Part shown: in pieces, positions 1-8,689 of the stretch
Layout of the letters: the number at the start of each line of letters is the position of its first letter
How positions within the stretch are numbered: position 1 is the stretch's first letter
Source of the DNA: Ignavibacteriota bacterium
Lineage (GTDB): Bacteria; Bacteroidota; Ignavibacteria; UBA10030; UBA6906
NCBI GenBank assembly: GCA_963801355.1
Contig: CAWDEM010000004.1
Coordinates: 1,504,001-1,568,000, forward strand
Length of the DNA: 64,000 bases
Direction of reading: 5' to 3'
The notes under the pieces: model-generated
Told to the model about the DNA's origin: nothing
Seen by the model: the letters and a program-made list of their open reading frames with translations, nothing else
Databases searched by the model: none
Made by a program: the position numbers and the translations under genes

Positions 1-126
1 CGTGCTCCAGACTGCGTAGTGTCTCTCCTGATTTCACCCGCATCAAGCCGGCAGATTTCCCGATCACCTATCGTGTAGGATTTGGGACTGGAGGCTTCCT
101 GGATCGCTGGCGTCGTTCTTATACAC

Positions 127-141
127 GCCATCTCTGTGCCA
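127..141 (-). promoter_or_regulatory. Putative sigma54 -24/-12 promoter pointing off the left edge
   Basis: Minus strand reads TGGCACAGAGATGGC (GG-N10-GC). An AT-rich palindrome at 174-190 and an inverted repeat at 257-287 lie upstream. Confidence 0.5.
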
Positions 142-173
142 GTTTTTCCTGCTGCGCCGTCATAGGCGCTAAC

Positions 174-190
174 ATATTGTAATACAATAT
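174..190. promoter_or_regulatory. AT-rich perfect palindrome (IHF-like or GntR-like site)
   Basis: ATATTGTA-A-TACAATAT, an 8-1-8 inverted repeat; function inferred. Confidence 0.4.
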
Positions 191-256
191 TTAAGCACGA
201 GAACAGGGTCGACCGTTGAACTCATGTCTGCCCGGTCAGCCTCGATATATCACGGT

Positions 257-287
257 ACCACGAAATATCGCGGTGGTATTTCGTGGT
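257..287. repeat. Inverted repeat (protein binding site or hairpin)
   Basis: ACCACGAAATA (257-267) pairs with TATTTCGTGGT (277-287). Confidence 0.5.
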
Positions 288-398
288 CGTCAACCCAAGT
301 GTTGCGGCTCTTGGAATGATCAGGTGCGAGCCAAATTCGCTGCGGTTCTGTAATTCGGAAGGGTGTTCACAAGGCGGAAAACTCATTGCACCGACATG

Positions 399-590
399 TC
401 ACCGACCGCGCCTGTTCTTGCGCAGACGGCGCTGCTCACCCGCAGGATTCATCTGTATCGGGATGTCTCTGTATTCCACGTTCGCGAAGCAGTCACAGCA
501 CACCCATGTATCATCTTCGAAATAGTACCTTGCTCTCTTGTCGTGGTTCACTTCCTTGCCGCATTGTCCGCACTCTTTCGTGATCATCAT
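399..590 (-). CDS. Small zinc-finger protein (63 aa)
   Basis: CGQC...CCDC motifs, basic C-terminal tail, GGAG RBS 6 nt before ATG 590. Confidence 0.6.
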   Translation of the reverse strand: MMITKECGQCGKEVNHDKRARYYFEDDTWVCCDCFANVEYRDIPIQMNPAGEQRRLRKNRRGR

Positions 591-619
591 TCGGATCTCC
601 ATGTTACGCATGGGGTACA

Positions 620-634
620 CCAATTTCCATGCCA
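620..634 (-). promoter_or_regulatory. Putative sigma54 promoter of the Zn-finger gene
   Basis: Minus strand TGGCATGGAAATTGG, with TTGG in place of TTGC, 30 nt upstream of the start. Confidence 0.5.
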
Positions 635-690
635 TCAGAGCCGGCGTTATTCCTGCGAAGCGGTGCGGGAAATGGCACTTGGAATTGACG

Positions 691-707
691 GTGCGATGAA
701 ATCGCAC
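691..707. promoter_or_regulatory. Candidate enhancer-binding-protein site
   Basis: Perfect palindrome GTGCGAT-GAA-ATCGCAC; a related site GTGCGGGAAATGGCAC sits at 663-678. Confidence 0.45.
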
Positions 708-880
708 GCGGCATCTGTGGGCGACGCTTCGAAGACAAGCCAGTAGTGCGCAAATCGGGTGCGTTCGATTGATTCGCGGGCCGCCACCGATCTCGGCACG
801 GTTATGGTAGAAGCTCAGATTGATTCTCTAACGATCCCTGGGTACATTGCATCTGAATCCCGTACTGAGAGAGTGCGCCT

Positions 881-2965
881 GTGTCGCCATACTCGCTTCC
901 CGCCCTCCTGGCATTTGCCATCAATGTATCGCTCGTTATCATCATCATACTGGATGACCTCCGCAGCCGGACAAACCGGCTCTTTGCTCTCCTGATCTTC
1001 TGTTTTGTGTTGTGGGATGCTGCAGATATCATCGTGGTCAACAGCACGACGCATGAGGCTGCCGCGATCGGCGGGGCGATCATGGGGGCCTCGGTGTTGT
1101 TTGCCCCGGCGTTCCTCCTGCTCCTGTCGTTTGTCTTCCCGCATTCTATCAATCCCGCATTTGACCGCAGGGGATTCAGGCTGTCAGTGTTCATCCTTCC
1201 CCTCGTGTTCACAGTTCTCGTTGGAGTGAATGCATTTACACCCATCGTACCGAGGAGATTCGACGGTGAGGCACTCACGTACGTCGTCGTTGGGGATACC
1301 GGCTCTCCGTTGAGCGTCGCGATGTACGTCTTCATTTTCCTCTATCTTGCCTGGGCCATGGTCAACAACATTCGCCGGCTCGGGCGGGCCCGATCGGGTG
1401 ACGAGCGACGCAGGATCCTTCCGGTGATGTTTGTCACCGTCGGTCTCATCCTGTTGATTGGCGCGCTCGGCATCCTGCGTGGCCGGAGTCCGCATCCTAT
1501 CGCATACCGCGCCGTCTCGTTCCTGGTGAGTCTCTTCTTCGCGTATGTCGTTCTCGGCAACCGGCTTGTTGTCCTCCGTCGGATCGGCGGGCAGGGGATC
1601 GCCTATACATTGGTCACGGGGCTGATGTTTGCCTTCTATGTCATTGTCGTTACGCATCTTGCCGATGTGCTGGCAAAGCAAACCGGACGGACCGGGATAT
1701 TGCTGGAGATGGTATTGGTCGTCATACTCGCAGTCGCTCTCAGACCCATTATCGTCCGGATGGATTCCGTCGTCGAACGCATGCTCTCGCGCAACCTCTT
1801 CCGATATCGCCAGAAATTCAGCCAGCTCACTCGAGAGACATTGCGTGAGACGAGTGTCGCAGGTCTCGCGGCGGCGGTCGAGGCCTTTTTGCATGAATCC
1901 CTTTCTGCTTCCTGGGTGGATGTGATGATGAGAGATGCCGGCGCCGGAGTATTCCGGAGCGCGCGGGATGCCTCACGCATGCTGACTGATGCAACAGTTG
2001 TGCCGGTGCTCTCGACAAAGGACCACCGGCCGATCGAGATTGCCGAACTCGCCCCGCATGCTACCGGTGAAGAGCGTCAGATGCTCATGTCCGCCGAGGG
2101 AGGATATGCCGTGCCATTGCTTACGGAAAAAGGGCTGGCAGGAGTCCTCCTGGTAGGTCCCGTGACAACCGGCAGGGCCTATACGCTGGATGAAACTGAT
2201 TTTCTTGCCCTTGTCGCCGATGGTGTGTCAATGGTAGCCGAGCGCAACTCCCTGGTTGAGAGGATCCGGGCTGAAGAACTCCGAGTGGCAAAGATGGAGA
2301 AACTTGCGTCGCTCGGTCGCCTGACGGCGGGCATCGCACACGAATTCCGCAACCCATTAAACATCATCTCTACTGCAGCCCAGACAATGCTCAGGCATCC
2401 TGAGGATATGGATCTCCACCGGGAGACGGGAAAGTACATTGTCGAGGAAACCGAACGGTTGAGTCGCACGGTGGACGAATTCCTGCAGTTTGCCAAACCG
2501 CACACACCTGTGTGGGAGCGGTGCAGCATCGGTGATGTGATCGCGCGCGTCCTCCAGTCATTGCAGGGAGCCGCGCGAATACGGGGCGTTGAAATGCATG
2601 CGGAGATGGATCCTTCGGTTTCTGCTATCGTCACATCGCCCCAGCACGTGGAGCGGGTGCTGTTGAACCTGGGGCTGAACGCCGTTGAGGCCATGCCCCG
2701 CGGCGGAGTCCTCACGTTCGGCGTGCTGCCGGAAGGGTCGCAGGCGATGCTGATCAGCGTGCGGGATACCGGACCAGGCATTCCGGTCGAGCACCACGCC
2801 CGGTTATTCGATCCATTCTTCACTACAAAACCAAACGGCACGGGCCTGGGATTGGCCATTGTGTACATGTTAGTGCAGGGTGTAAAGGGGAAAATCACTT
2901 TCACGTCCACCGCTGTAGGTACCACGTTCATTCTCGAGCTGCCCATTGATGGGAGTCAACTATGA
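881..2965 (+). CDS. Membrane sensor histidine kinase (7TM N-terminus, GAF, HisKA, HATPase; PrsK-like architecture)
   Basis: Multiple TM helices, H-box AGIAHEFRNPL, N-box NLGLNA, DTGPG, FDPFFTTK, GTGLGL. Confidence 0.93.
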   Translation: MSPYSLPALLAFAINVSLVIIIILDDLRSRTNRLFALLIFCFVLWDAADIIVVNSTTHEAAAIGGAIMGASVLFAPAFLLLLSFVFPHSINPAFDRRGFRLSVFILPLVFTVLVGVNAFTPIVPRRFDGEALTYVVVGDTGSPLSVAMYVFIFLYLAWAMVNNIRRLGRARSGDERRRILPVMFVTVGLILLIGALGILRGRSPHPIAYRAVSFLVSLFFAYVVLGNRLVVLRRIGGQGIAYTLVTGLMFAFYVIVVTHLADVLAKQTGRTGILLEMVLVVILAVALRPIIVRMDSVVERMLSRNLFRYRQKFSQLTRETLRETSVAGLAAAVEAFLHESLSASWVDVMMRDAGAGVFRSARDASRMLTDATVVPVLSTKDHRPIEIAELAPHATGEERQMLMSAEGGYAVPLLTEKGLAGVLLVGPVTTGRAYTLDETDFLALVADGVSMVAERNSLVERIRAEELRVAKMEKLASLGRLTAGIAHEFRNPLNIISTAAQTMLRHPEDMDLHRETGKYIVEETERLSRTVDEFLQFAKPHTPVWERCSIGDVIARVLQSLQGAARIRGVEMHAEMDPSVSAIVTSPQHVERVLLNLGLNAVEAMPRGGVLTFGVLPEGSQAMLISVRDTGPGIPVEHHARLFDPFFTTKPNGTGLGLAIVYMLVQGVKGKITFTSTAVGTTFILELPIDGSQL

Positions 2966-4389
2966 AGAAGCTGGTGACGTTGCTGGTTGTTGATGACGAA
3001 GAGAAGACCAGACGCATAATGGAGCTGAACCTCAAGGACTCGTACGCCCTCCATCTTGCGGAAAGCGGGATGGATGCGTTGCGGATATTGCGCGAGCATC
3101 AGGTGGATATCGTGCTCACGGATCTCCGGATGCCCGATGTGGATGGAACCAGAATCCTGCAGGAAGTCCGCGGCGGCACGCATCCCATCCCTGTGATCTT
3201 CATGACTGCATTCGGGACGATCGAGAACGCGGTGGGGTTGATGAAAGACGGGGCGTTCGACTACATTGTTAAACCGGTGAACCTCGATCAGCTGGACGTC
3301 GCACTCCGGCGCGCTGAGCAACACGTCCGTCTCTTGAGAGAGAACGAAGAGCTCCGCTCGCAGCTCCGGTCCAGCCAGGGTTTCTCCAGGATTATCACGG
3401 CCAGCACTCTCATGCAGAAGGTGCTGGAATCCGTCCGGCAGGTGGCACCGACGAACTTCACAGTCTTGATCGAAGGTGAAACCGGGACGGGGAAAGAGTT
3501 GATTGCACGCGCGCTGCACGACATGAGCGGCCGGGCTGCGAACGCATTCGTGGCCGTGAATTGTGGAGCCATTCCGCGTGAACTGCTGGAAAGCGAGCTG
3601 TTCGGGAGTGAGCGTGGCGCATTTACCGGTGCTGTTGCCCGCCGTATGGGCAAATTCGAAATGGCGAACGGTGGATCGCTGTTCCTCGATGAGATTGCGG
3701 AGCTTCCCCTGGAGCTGCAGGTGAAGCTCCTGAGGGCGCTCGAGGAGCAAGCGGTCACCCGTGTGGGAGGCGTGGAGCGGCTGCAGTTGGATTTCCGTAT
3801 CATTGCCGCGACAAACCGGCAACTCCGCGCCGAAGTTGATGCGGGGAGATTCCGCAAAGACCTCTTTTATAGACTGAACGTCGTCAATGTGCGCCTCCCC
3901 CCTCTGCGGGAACGCGCGGGGGACATTCCGCTTCTTGCACAGCACTTTCTGCTCAAACACCGGGAAGGCGTGGGAAAACAGCTGAAGGGATTTGAACCCT
4001 CTGCGTTGAGCTACCTGCGGGCACTGCCCTGGCCGGGCAATGTCAGGGAATTGGAAAATGTGGTAGTCCGGTCCATGGTCGCTGCCCAGGGGGAGTACGT
4101 CATGGCCGATGACCTTCCATCGGATCTCCACATCCCGGCCGGAGATGATCTGGGTCCGTTACCCTCGACCTACCAGGAGTTTCTGGCACGGAAGCGCACG
4201 CTGAAGGATGCATTTCAGCGCAAACTGCAAACTGCATTTTTGCTCGAGGGGCTCCGCACAAATCATTGGAACGTGTCACAAACCGCCCGTACCTTCGGTA
4301 TGGACCGGCGCATGCTTCAGAACATGATGAAGCAGCTGGGCCTCAAGGAGGCGCAACCGGATCCTCCGGGAGAAACTCCATCCGACTGA
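2962..4389 (+). CDS. Sigma54-dependent response regulator (NtrC/AtoC family)
   Basis: REC domain (VVDDE, TDLRMP), Walker A GETGTGKE, GAFTGA, WPGNVREL, C-terminal Fis-type HTH; 4-nt overlap with the kinase. Confidence 0.96.
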   Translation: MKKLVTLLVVDDEEKTRRIMELNLKDSYALHLAESGMDALRILREHQVDIVLTDLRMPDVDGTRILQEVRGGTHPIPVIFMTAFGTIENAVGLMKDGAFDYIVKPVNLDQLDVALRRAEQHVRLLRENEELRSQLRSSQGFSRIITASTLMQKVLESVRQVAPTNFTVLIEGETGTGKELIARALHDMSGRAANAFVAVNCGAIPRELLESELFGSERGAFTGAVARRMGKFEMANGGSLFLDEIAELPLELQVKLLRALEEQAVTRVGGVERLQLDFRIIAATNRQLRAEVDAGRFRKDLFYRLNVVNVRLPPLRERAGDIPLLAQHFLLKHREGVGKQLKGFEPSALSYLRALPWPGNVRELENVVVRSMVAAQGEYVMADDLPSDLHIPAGDDLGPLPSTYQEFLARKRTLKDAFQRKLQTAFLLEGLRTNHWNVSQTARTFGMDRRMLQNMMKQLGLKEAQPDPPGETPSD

Positions 4390-4390
4390 G

Positions 4391-4450
4391 AGCACGATAC
4401 CACTTCAGTCGACACCATACCACTCCGATTGACACCATCCCACACCGTTT
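4391..4450. repeat. Three degenerate 20-bp tandem repeats
   Basis: agcacgataccacttcagtc / gacaccataccactccgatt / gacaccatcccacaccgttt. Confidence 0.6.
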
Positions 4451-4610
4451 GGAATGAAGTACTGCGAGGTTTCTGAGTGCACCTCAAACAGCTGCAGTAT
4501 CAGTCTTTTCCCTTCTGCTCGTGCTCCCCATGCGTGTTCTTCCATCGCATCGTCAAGCTGATTCTCCCTCAGACGTGCCGCGCGCAGCCTCAAAACTCAC
4601 GCTGAGCACC

Positions 4611-4625
4611 TGGCACGTTTCTTGA
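4611..4625 (+). promoter_or_regulatory. Putative sigma54 promoter
   Basis: TGGCACGTTTCTTGA, 60 nt upstream of CDS 4685 and directly downstream of the enhancer-binding protein gene. Confidence 0.6.
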
Positions 4626-4684
4626 CGCGTCTTACTTGTAGATATGCAGACGAATACTAGCCGTCCCGGAGAGAGATTGACGCC

Positions 4685-5023
4685 ATGTGGCAGGCCTGGA
4701 CCATAGGCTTTCTCGGTCTTTGGTACATTTTGACGGCCTTCTTCTCCCTGGGTCCATTTGATCGTCTGTTCACCGTCCTCGGAATGAGCCTGGTCACCGT
4801 TTTTGCGGGTTGGCAGTTGCAGGAGCGCCGGCGATTGCAGGGCTGGTGTGCAATTTTGCTCGCTCTCTGGATGGTTGCAGGTGAGTCGATTCCCGCATTT
4901 GCCGAGGGGATGGCCCTACAGTGGAATGTGGCACTGTCCGGCGTCCTCCTGGCAATTGCCGGATTCTCTGCGCTGGGCGGGGAGTGTCAATCTCGGCAGA
5001 GCACAAAAACGGCGATAGGATAG
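4685..5023 (+). CDS. Small 4-TM membrane protein (SPW-repeat-like)
   Basis: MWQAW...LGLW and QGW...LLALW...WN pattern; four hydrophobic segments. Confidence 0.7.
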   Translation: MWQAWTIGFLGLWYILTAFFSLGPFDRLFTVLGMSLVTVFAGWQLQERRRLQGWCAILLALWMVAGESIPAFAEGMALQWNVALSGVLLAIAGFSALGGECQSRQSTKTAIG

Positions 5024-5033
5024 GAGGCCCGCA

Positions 5034-5555
5034 ATGGCAACGGCAGCGGATATCTTCAACTACCTGACCAATAATGCACTGCACTTTCGCGTGCTCACGC
5101 ACCCGCCGGTCTTCTCGACGCAGGAATTGGCCCGGCTAAATTATGTCATGAGCGACGAGGTCGCGGAGCATGCGGTCTTCAAGGCGGACTACCGATTCAT
5201 TATGGCCGTCGTGCCGGCGGGAACGGTCGTCAGCGAGAGAGCCCTCCGTCAACTGCTTCACGTCAGGGAGCTGGTGAGGGCCAGTGCCTGGGACATCGAG
5301 CGGCTGTTCCCGGAGTGCGAAATTGGAGCTGCTCCGATTCTCGGCAACCTGTTTGGCATTCCGGTGATCGTTGACAGCAGCTTTGAGAAACGGGAGAGGA
5401 TTGTGTTCTTCGTCTGTGCGCGAACGACGTCGGTCATGATGAACTGGCGCGAGTACAAGAACGCAGTTGATCCGATCGTCGCAGCGATTGCAGGATCGCC
5501 CGCCAAGGGGAATGCGGCAGAGTTGCTGGAGGAACCCTATGCCCAGAACGTGTGA
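5034..5555 (+). CDS. YbaK/EbsC family aminoacyl-tRNA deacylase-like protein
   Basis: H-P-V-F-S-T-Q-E, MAVVPA, LFPECEIGAAPILG, VIVD; AGGAGG RBS. Confidence 0.85.
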   Translation: MATAADIFNYLTNNALHFRVLTHPPVFSTQELARLNYVMSDEVAEHAVFKADYRFIMAVVPAGTVVSERALRQLLHVRELVRASAWDIERLFPECEIGAAPILGNLFGIPVIVDSSFEKRERIVFFVCARTTSVMMNWREYKNAVDPIVAAIAGSPAKGNAAELLEEPYAQNV

Positions 5556-5559
5556 TGCC

Positions 5560-5976
5560 ATGACTACTCGAACAATCTTCATCACCGAACAGGATTTTGC
5601 CCGGCTCACCAATCTCGTGGGAGCCAGAGGCATAACGCCGAACGGTGACGCACGCCATGTGCGGGATCTCCGCCACGAATTGGACCGGGCGATCATTGTA
5701 CCTGGAGAGGCTGTCCCGCCGGACGTCATAACCATGAACAGCAAAGCCGTGTTGCGCGACCTCAAAACGGGCGAGCACCTTGTCTTCACGCTGGTCTTTC
5801 CAGGGCGGGCTGATATGGAGAAAGGTCAGATTTCCGTGCTTGCCCCGATCGGCACTGCGTTGATCGGCTACCGGGTGGGTGACATCATCGAGTGGGAAGT
5901 CCCGGCCGGGACCGCCCGACTCAAAGTAGAAGGAATTCTGTACCAACCCGAGGCCGCCGGGACTCCCCGCGAGTAA
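5560..5976 (+). CDS. rnk: Nucleoside diphosphate kinase regulator (Rnk, GreA/B C-terminal family)
   Basis: IFITEQDFARL, ELDRA, PPDVITMNS, TLVFP, ISVLAPIGTALIGYRVGD, ILYQPEAAG. Confidence 0.9.
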   Translation: MTTRTIFITEQDFARLTNLVGARGITPNGDARHVRDLRHELDRAIIVPGEAVPPDVITMNSKAVLRDLKTGEHLVFTLVFPGRADMEKGQISVLAPIGTALIGYRVGDIIEWEVPAGTARLKVEGILYQPEAAGTPRE

Positions 5977-5999
5977 ATACATGGAACGCCAGGCCCGGG

Positions 6000-7391
6000 T
6001 CACGTCCGGCCCTGGCGTCCCTGCCCTGCCTGTTCTGCCTCTATAGCTTCGAGAGTCTTACCCCTGGTCTCAGGCACCCGCAACAGGATAAACACGTATC
6101 CTGCCGCGCAAATGGCAGCATAGAGCCAGAATGTCCCCGCGGCTCCGAGTGTTCCGTTCAGCAAGGGGAACGTGTATGTCAGAAGAAAACACGCACTCCA
6201 GAGGGCCGCGACAGCAATGGAAACCGCTGCCCCGCGAATCCGGTTTGGAAAAATCTCTGCGATGAGGACCCAGGTGACCGGTGCGAGGGAAAATGCATAG
6301 CACGCAATGGTGGCCAGAACACACGTCACGACGACAGGGCCCGACCAGTGATACTGGTAGGAAAGGCCGATGAGCAGATGGAAGAACCCGATCCCGGCAC
6401 AGCCGATGAGCATTAACGCCCTTCGTCCGAACCGGTCCACGGTCTGAATCGCGATAATGGTGAAGACAAAATTCACCATGCCTGTGATGACGATGGTAAA
6501 CATGATGGAGCTCACCCCGTATCCTGCCTGGCGGAATATCTCCTCCGCGTAATTGAAGATCACGTTGATGCCGCTCCATTGCTGGAGAACCGCGAGTACG
6601 ATGCCGGTGAGCAGGAGTTTCTTCATGCCTGGTTCGAGGAGCTCGCCGAAGTGCACCACCCTGATCTCTTCAGCGGCCAGGCTCTGCTGAATACTGCTGA
6701 CTTCGGCAAGCGCATACTGTTCACCGCCGATACGTGCAAGGACCCGCCGGGCGGGTTCGGGGCGCCCATTCTTAACCAGCCAGCGCGGACTCTCGGGAAG
6801 TGTCAGGGATCCTGCAAAGAAGAGCAAGGCGGGCACTGCAACAGCTGTGAACATCCATCGCCATCCCACCTGGCCGTTCCACGATGACCGTATGAATTCG
6901 GCGGTCGCTCCATCGGGAGCCGGTTCTGCGATCTGCCAGTTCACGATCTGTGCGGCCAGAACGCCGATAACGATCGTGAACTGGTTCATTGCCACAAGGC
7001 GTCCGCGCATTTGTGCAGGTGAGATCTCTGCGATGTAGAGAGGCGAAAGGACGGAGGCCATGCCGATGGCCACGCCTCCACAGATCCTCCAGACCACAAA
7101 CATGGAGAAGGTCCCGGACCACCCCGTGAGAACTGAGGAAACAACAAAGAGGGCAGCTGCCATGATCAGCAATCGCTTGCGCCCCAGCGCGTCGCTCAGC
7201 CCGCCCGTTACTACCGCGCCGGCGAGACAGCCGAGCAGAGCGCAGCTGTTGGCCCACCCGCGCGCCGCTTCACTGGTGAGCTGGAAGAAAGGCTCGAAGA
7301 ATGGTTTTGCGCCGCCGATGACGACCCAGTCGTAGCCGAACAGAAGTCCGCCCATCGCGGCGATGAGGGCGAGACGCCACACGTGTCTCAT
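6000..7391 (-). CDS. Sugar porter family MFS transporter
   Basis: GGLLFGYD, DALGRK, PLYIAEISP, PESPRWL, QQWSGIN, DRFGRR, PETRG; start uncertain. Confidence 0.95.
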   Translation of the reverse strand: MRHVWRLALIAAMGGLLFGYDWVVIGGAKPFFEPFFQLTSEAARGWANSCALLGCLAGAVVTGGLSDALGRKRLLIMAAALFVVSSVLTGWSGTFSMFVVWRICGGVAIGMASVLSPLYIAEISPAQMRGRLVAMNQFTIVIGVLAAQIVNWQIAEPAPDGATAEFIRSSWNGQVGWRWMFTAVAVPALLFFAGSLTLPESPRWLVKNGRPEPARRVLARIGGEQYALAEVSSIQQSLAAEEIRVVHFGELLEPGMKKLLLTGIVLAVLQQWSGINVIFNYAEEIFRQAGYGVSSIMFTIVITGMVNFVFTIIAIQTVDRFGRRALMLIGCAGIGFFHLLIGLSYQYHWSGPVVVTCVLATIACYAFSLAPVTWVLIAEIFPNRIRGAAVSIAVAALWSACFLLTYTFPLLNGTLGAAGTFWLYAAICAAGYVFILLRVPETRGKTLEAIEAEQAGQGRQGRT

Positions 7392-7567
7392 AGTCGAGGC
7401 CGGTGATGAAGTGTGAGGCAGGTGGAACGGACCCAAGATATCGCATCGCGGGGGGAAAGTCAAACCATGATACATCGAGTCGAACGTTGCAGTTGCGGCT
7501 GTCGTTGCGTCGTCGTACCTTTCATCTATCAAACCCCGCGTCTCACCTCCTCATGGAGTACCAGACG

Positions 7568-8689
7568 ATGACGTCTAAAGAACGGATGATGTGTGCGTTG
7601 CACGGAGAGAAGCCGGACCGGCTCCCGGTGACCGTGCATCAGTGGCAGGGATACCATCTGGACAAGTATCTTCAAGGTGCGACACCCCTGCAGGCCTTCC
7701 AGAAATTCGGGATGGATGCAGCGGTGCAATATTTCGAGGACATGGGGCAGTTCTGGCTTGTGGGCGCCGACTTCGCCAAGTTCTCCACCCCTCAATGGCG
7801 CGACGAAGTGACGGTGATCAGCGACGATCCCGACAATCGCATCAACGATCATCTCATTACCACCCCCGGGGGAGCCCTCACGTACAAAACTGCCGGTGAT
7901 CGAAAGACGACCTGGATCACCGAATACCTTGTCAAACACGACGAGGATATCGAACTAGTACGCAAGTACATGCCCGTCCCATTGCTCGACCTCCCCCCTC
8001 TCGCACGGGCATATAAGGAGGTGGGGGACAAGGGCATTGTGCGCGGGTTTGTGTGGGGGGACCAGGCCGGCTGCTGGCAACATGCGGCATGCCTCATGGA
8101 TATCACTGACCTGATCTTCAGGGCGGTGGATACGCCCGATTGGGTGCATGCGTTCCTGGAAATCCTGCTCGAAAAGAAACTCCGTTTCGTCGAACAGATG
8201 CGGGGAGCAAAATTCGATGTTGTGGAGACCGGCGGGGGATCATCATCATCGACCCTGATCTCGCCCGACCTGCACCGCGAGTTCTGCCTGCCCTACGACC
8301 GCAAGCTCCACGATGCGTTGCATGATCTCGGCTTTACTGTGAGCTATCACACGTGCGGCGGAACACGCGGCATTGAGGAGCTGATCATTCAGAACGGCGC
8401 GGACGCCTCCGAGACCCTCGCCCCGCCGAGCATCGGGGGCAATCAGGAGCCGTGGGAATTGAAAGAGAAAGTGGGGAACAGGATTGCCCTGATCGGCGGA
8501 ATGGATCAGCACTCGGTGCTGACCGAGGGGAGTCTCCCCGAGATCAAGGCACAGGTGGAGCTTCTGTTCCGAAAAGTAGGCTACGATGGCGGTTACATTC
8601 TCTCCTGTGCGGACCACTTCTTTGAGACGCCTCTCGACCATTTGAAGGCCTATGCCGACGCCGCGATCGCATGCGAGTACACGTCATGA
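7568..8689 (+). CDS. Uroporphyrinogen decarboxylase / MtaA-CmuA methyltransferase superfamily protein
   Basis: MTSKER...GEKPDRLPV, LISP...REF..PY, YHTCG, ALIGGMDQ, GGYILS. Confidence 0.85.
   Translation: MTSKERMMCALHGEKPDRLPVTVHQWQGYHLDKYLQGATPLQAFQKFGMDAAVQYFEDMGQFWLVGADFAKFSTPQWRDEVTVISDDPDNRINDHLITTPGGALTYKTAGDRKTTWITEYLVKHDEDIELVRKYMPVPLLDLPPLARAYKEVGDKGIVRGFVWGDQAGCWQHAACLMDITDLIFRAVDTPDWVHAFLEILLEKKLRFVEQMRGAKFDVVETGGGSSSSTLISPDLHREFCLPYDRKLHDALHDLGFTVSYHTCGGTRGIEELIIQNGADASETLAPPSIGGNQEPWELKEKVGNRIALIGGMDQHSVLTEGSLPEIKAQVELLFRKVGYDGGYILSCADHFFETPLDHLKAYADAAIACEYTS

Noticed and set aside
1-130. Minus-strand open frame from ATG 130 running off the edge
   Set aside because: No recognisable motif or RBS, and it overlaps a candidate promoter.
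673-689. TGGCACTTGGAATTGAC as a plus-strand sigma54 promoter for the kinase
   Set aside because: Spacing is one base too long for the strict -24/-12 geometry.
2956-4131. Long antisense ORFs (also 42966..44186, 44475..45716, 9580..10527, 57712..58722)
   Set aside because: Shadow frames of well-supported genes in GC-rich DNA.
4391-4450. Possible mini-CRISPR
   Set aside because: Repeats are contiguous and degenerate, with no spacers and no cas genes.
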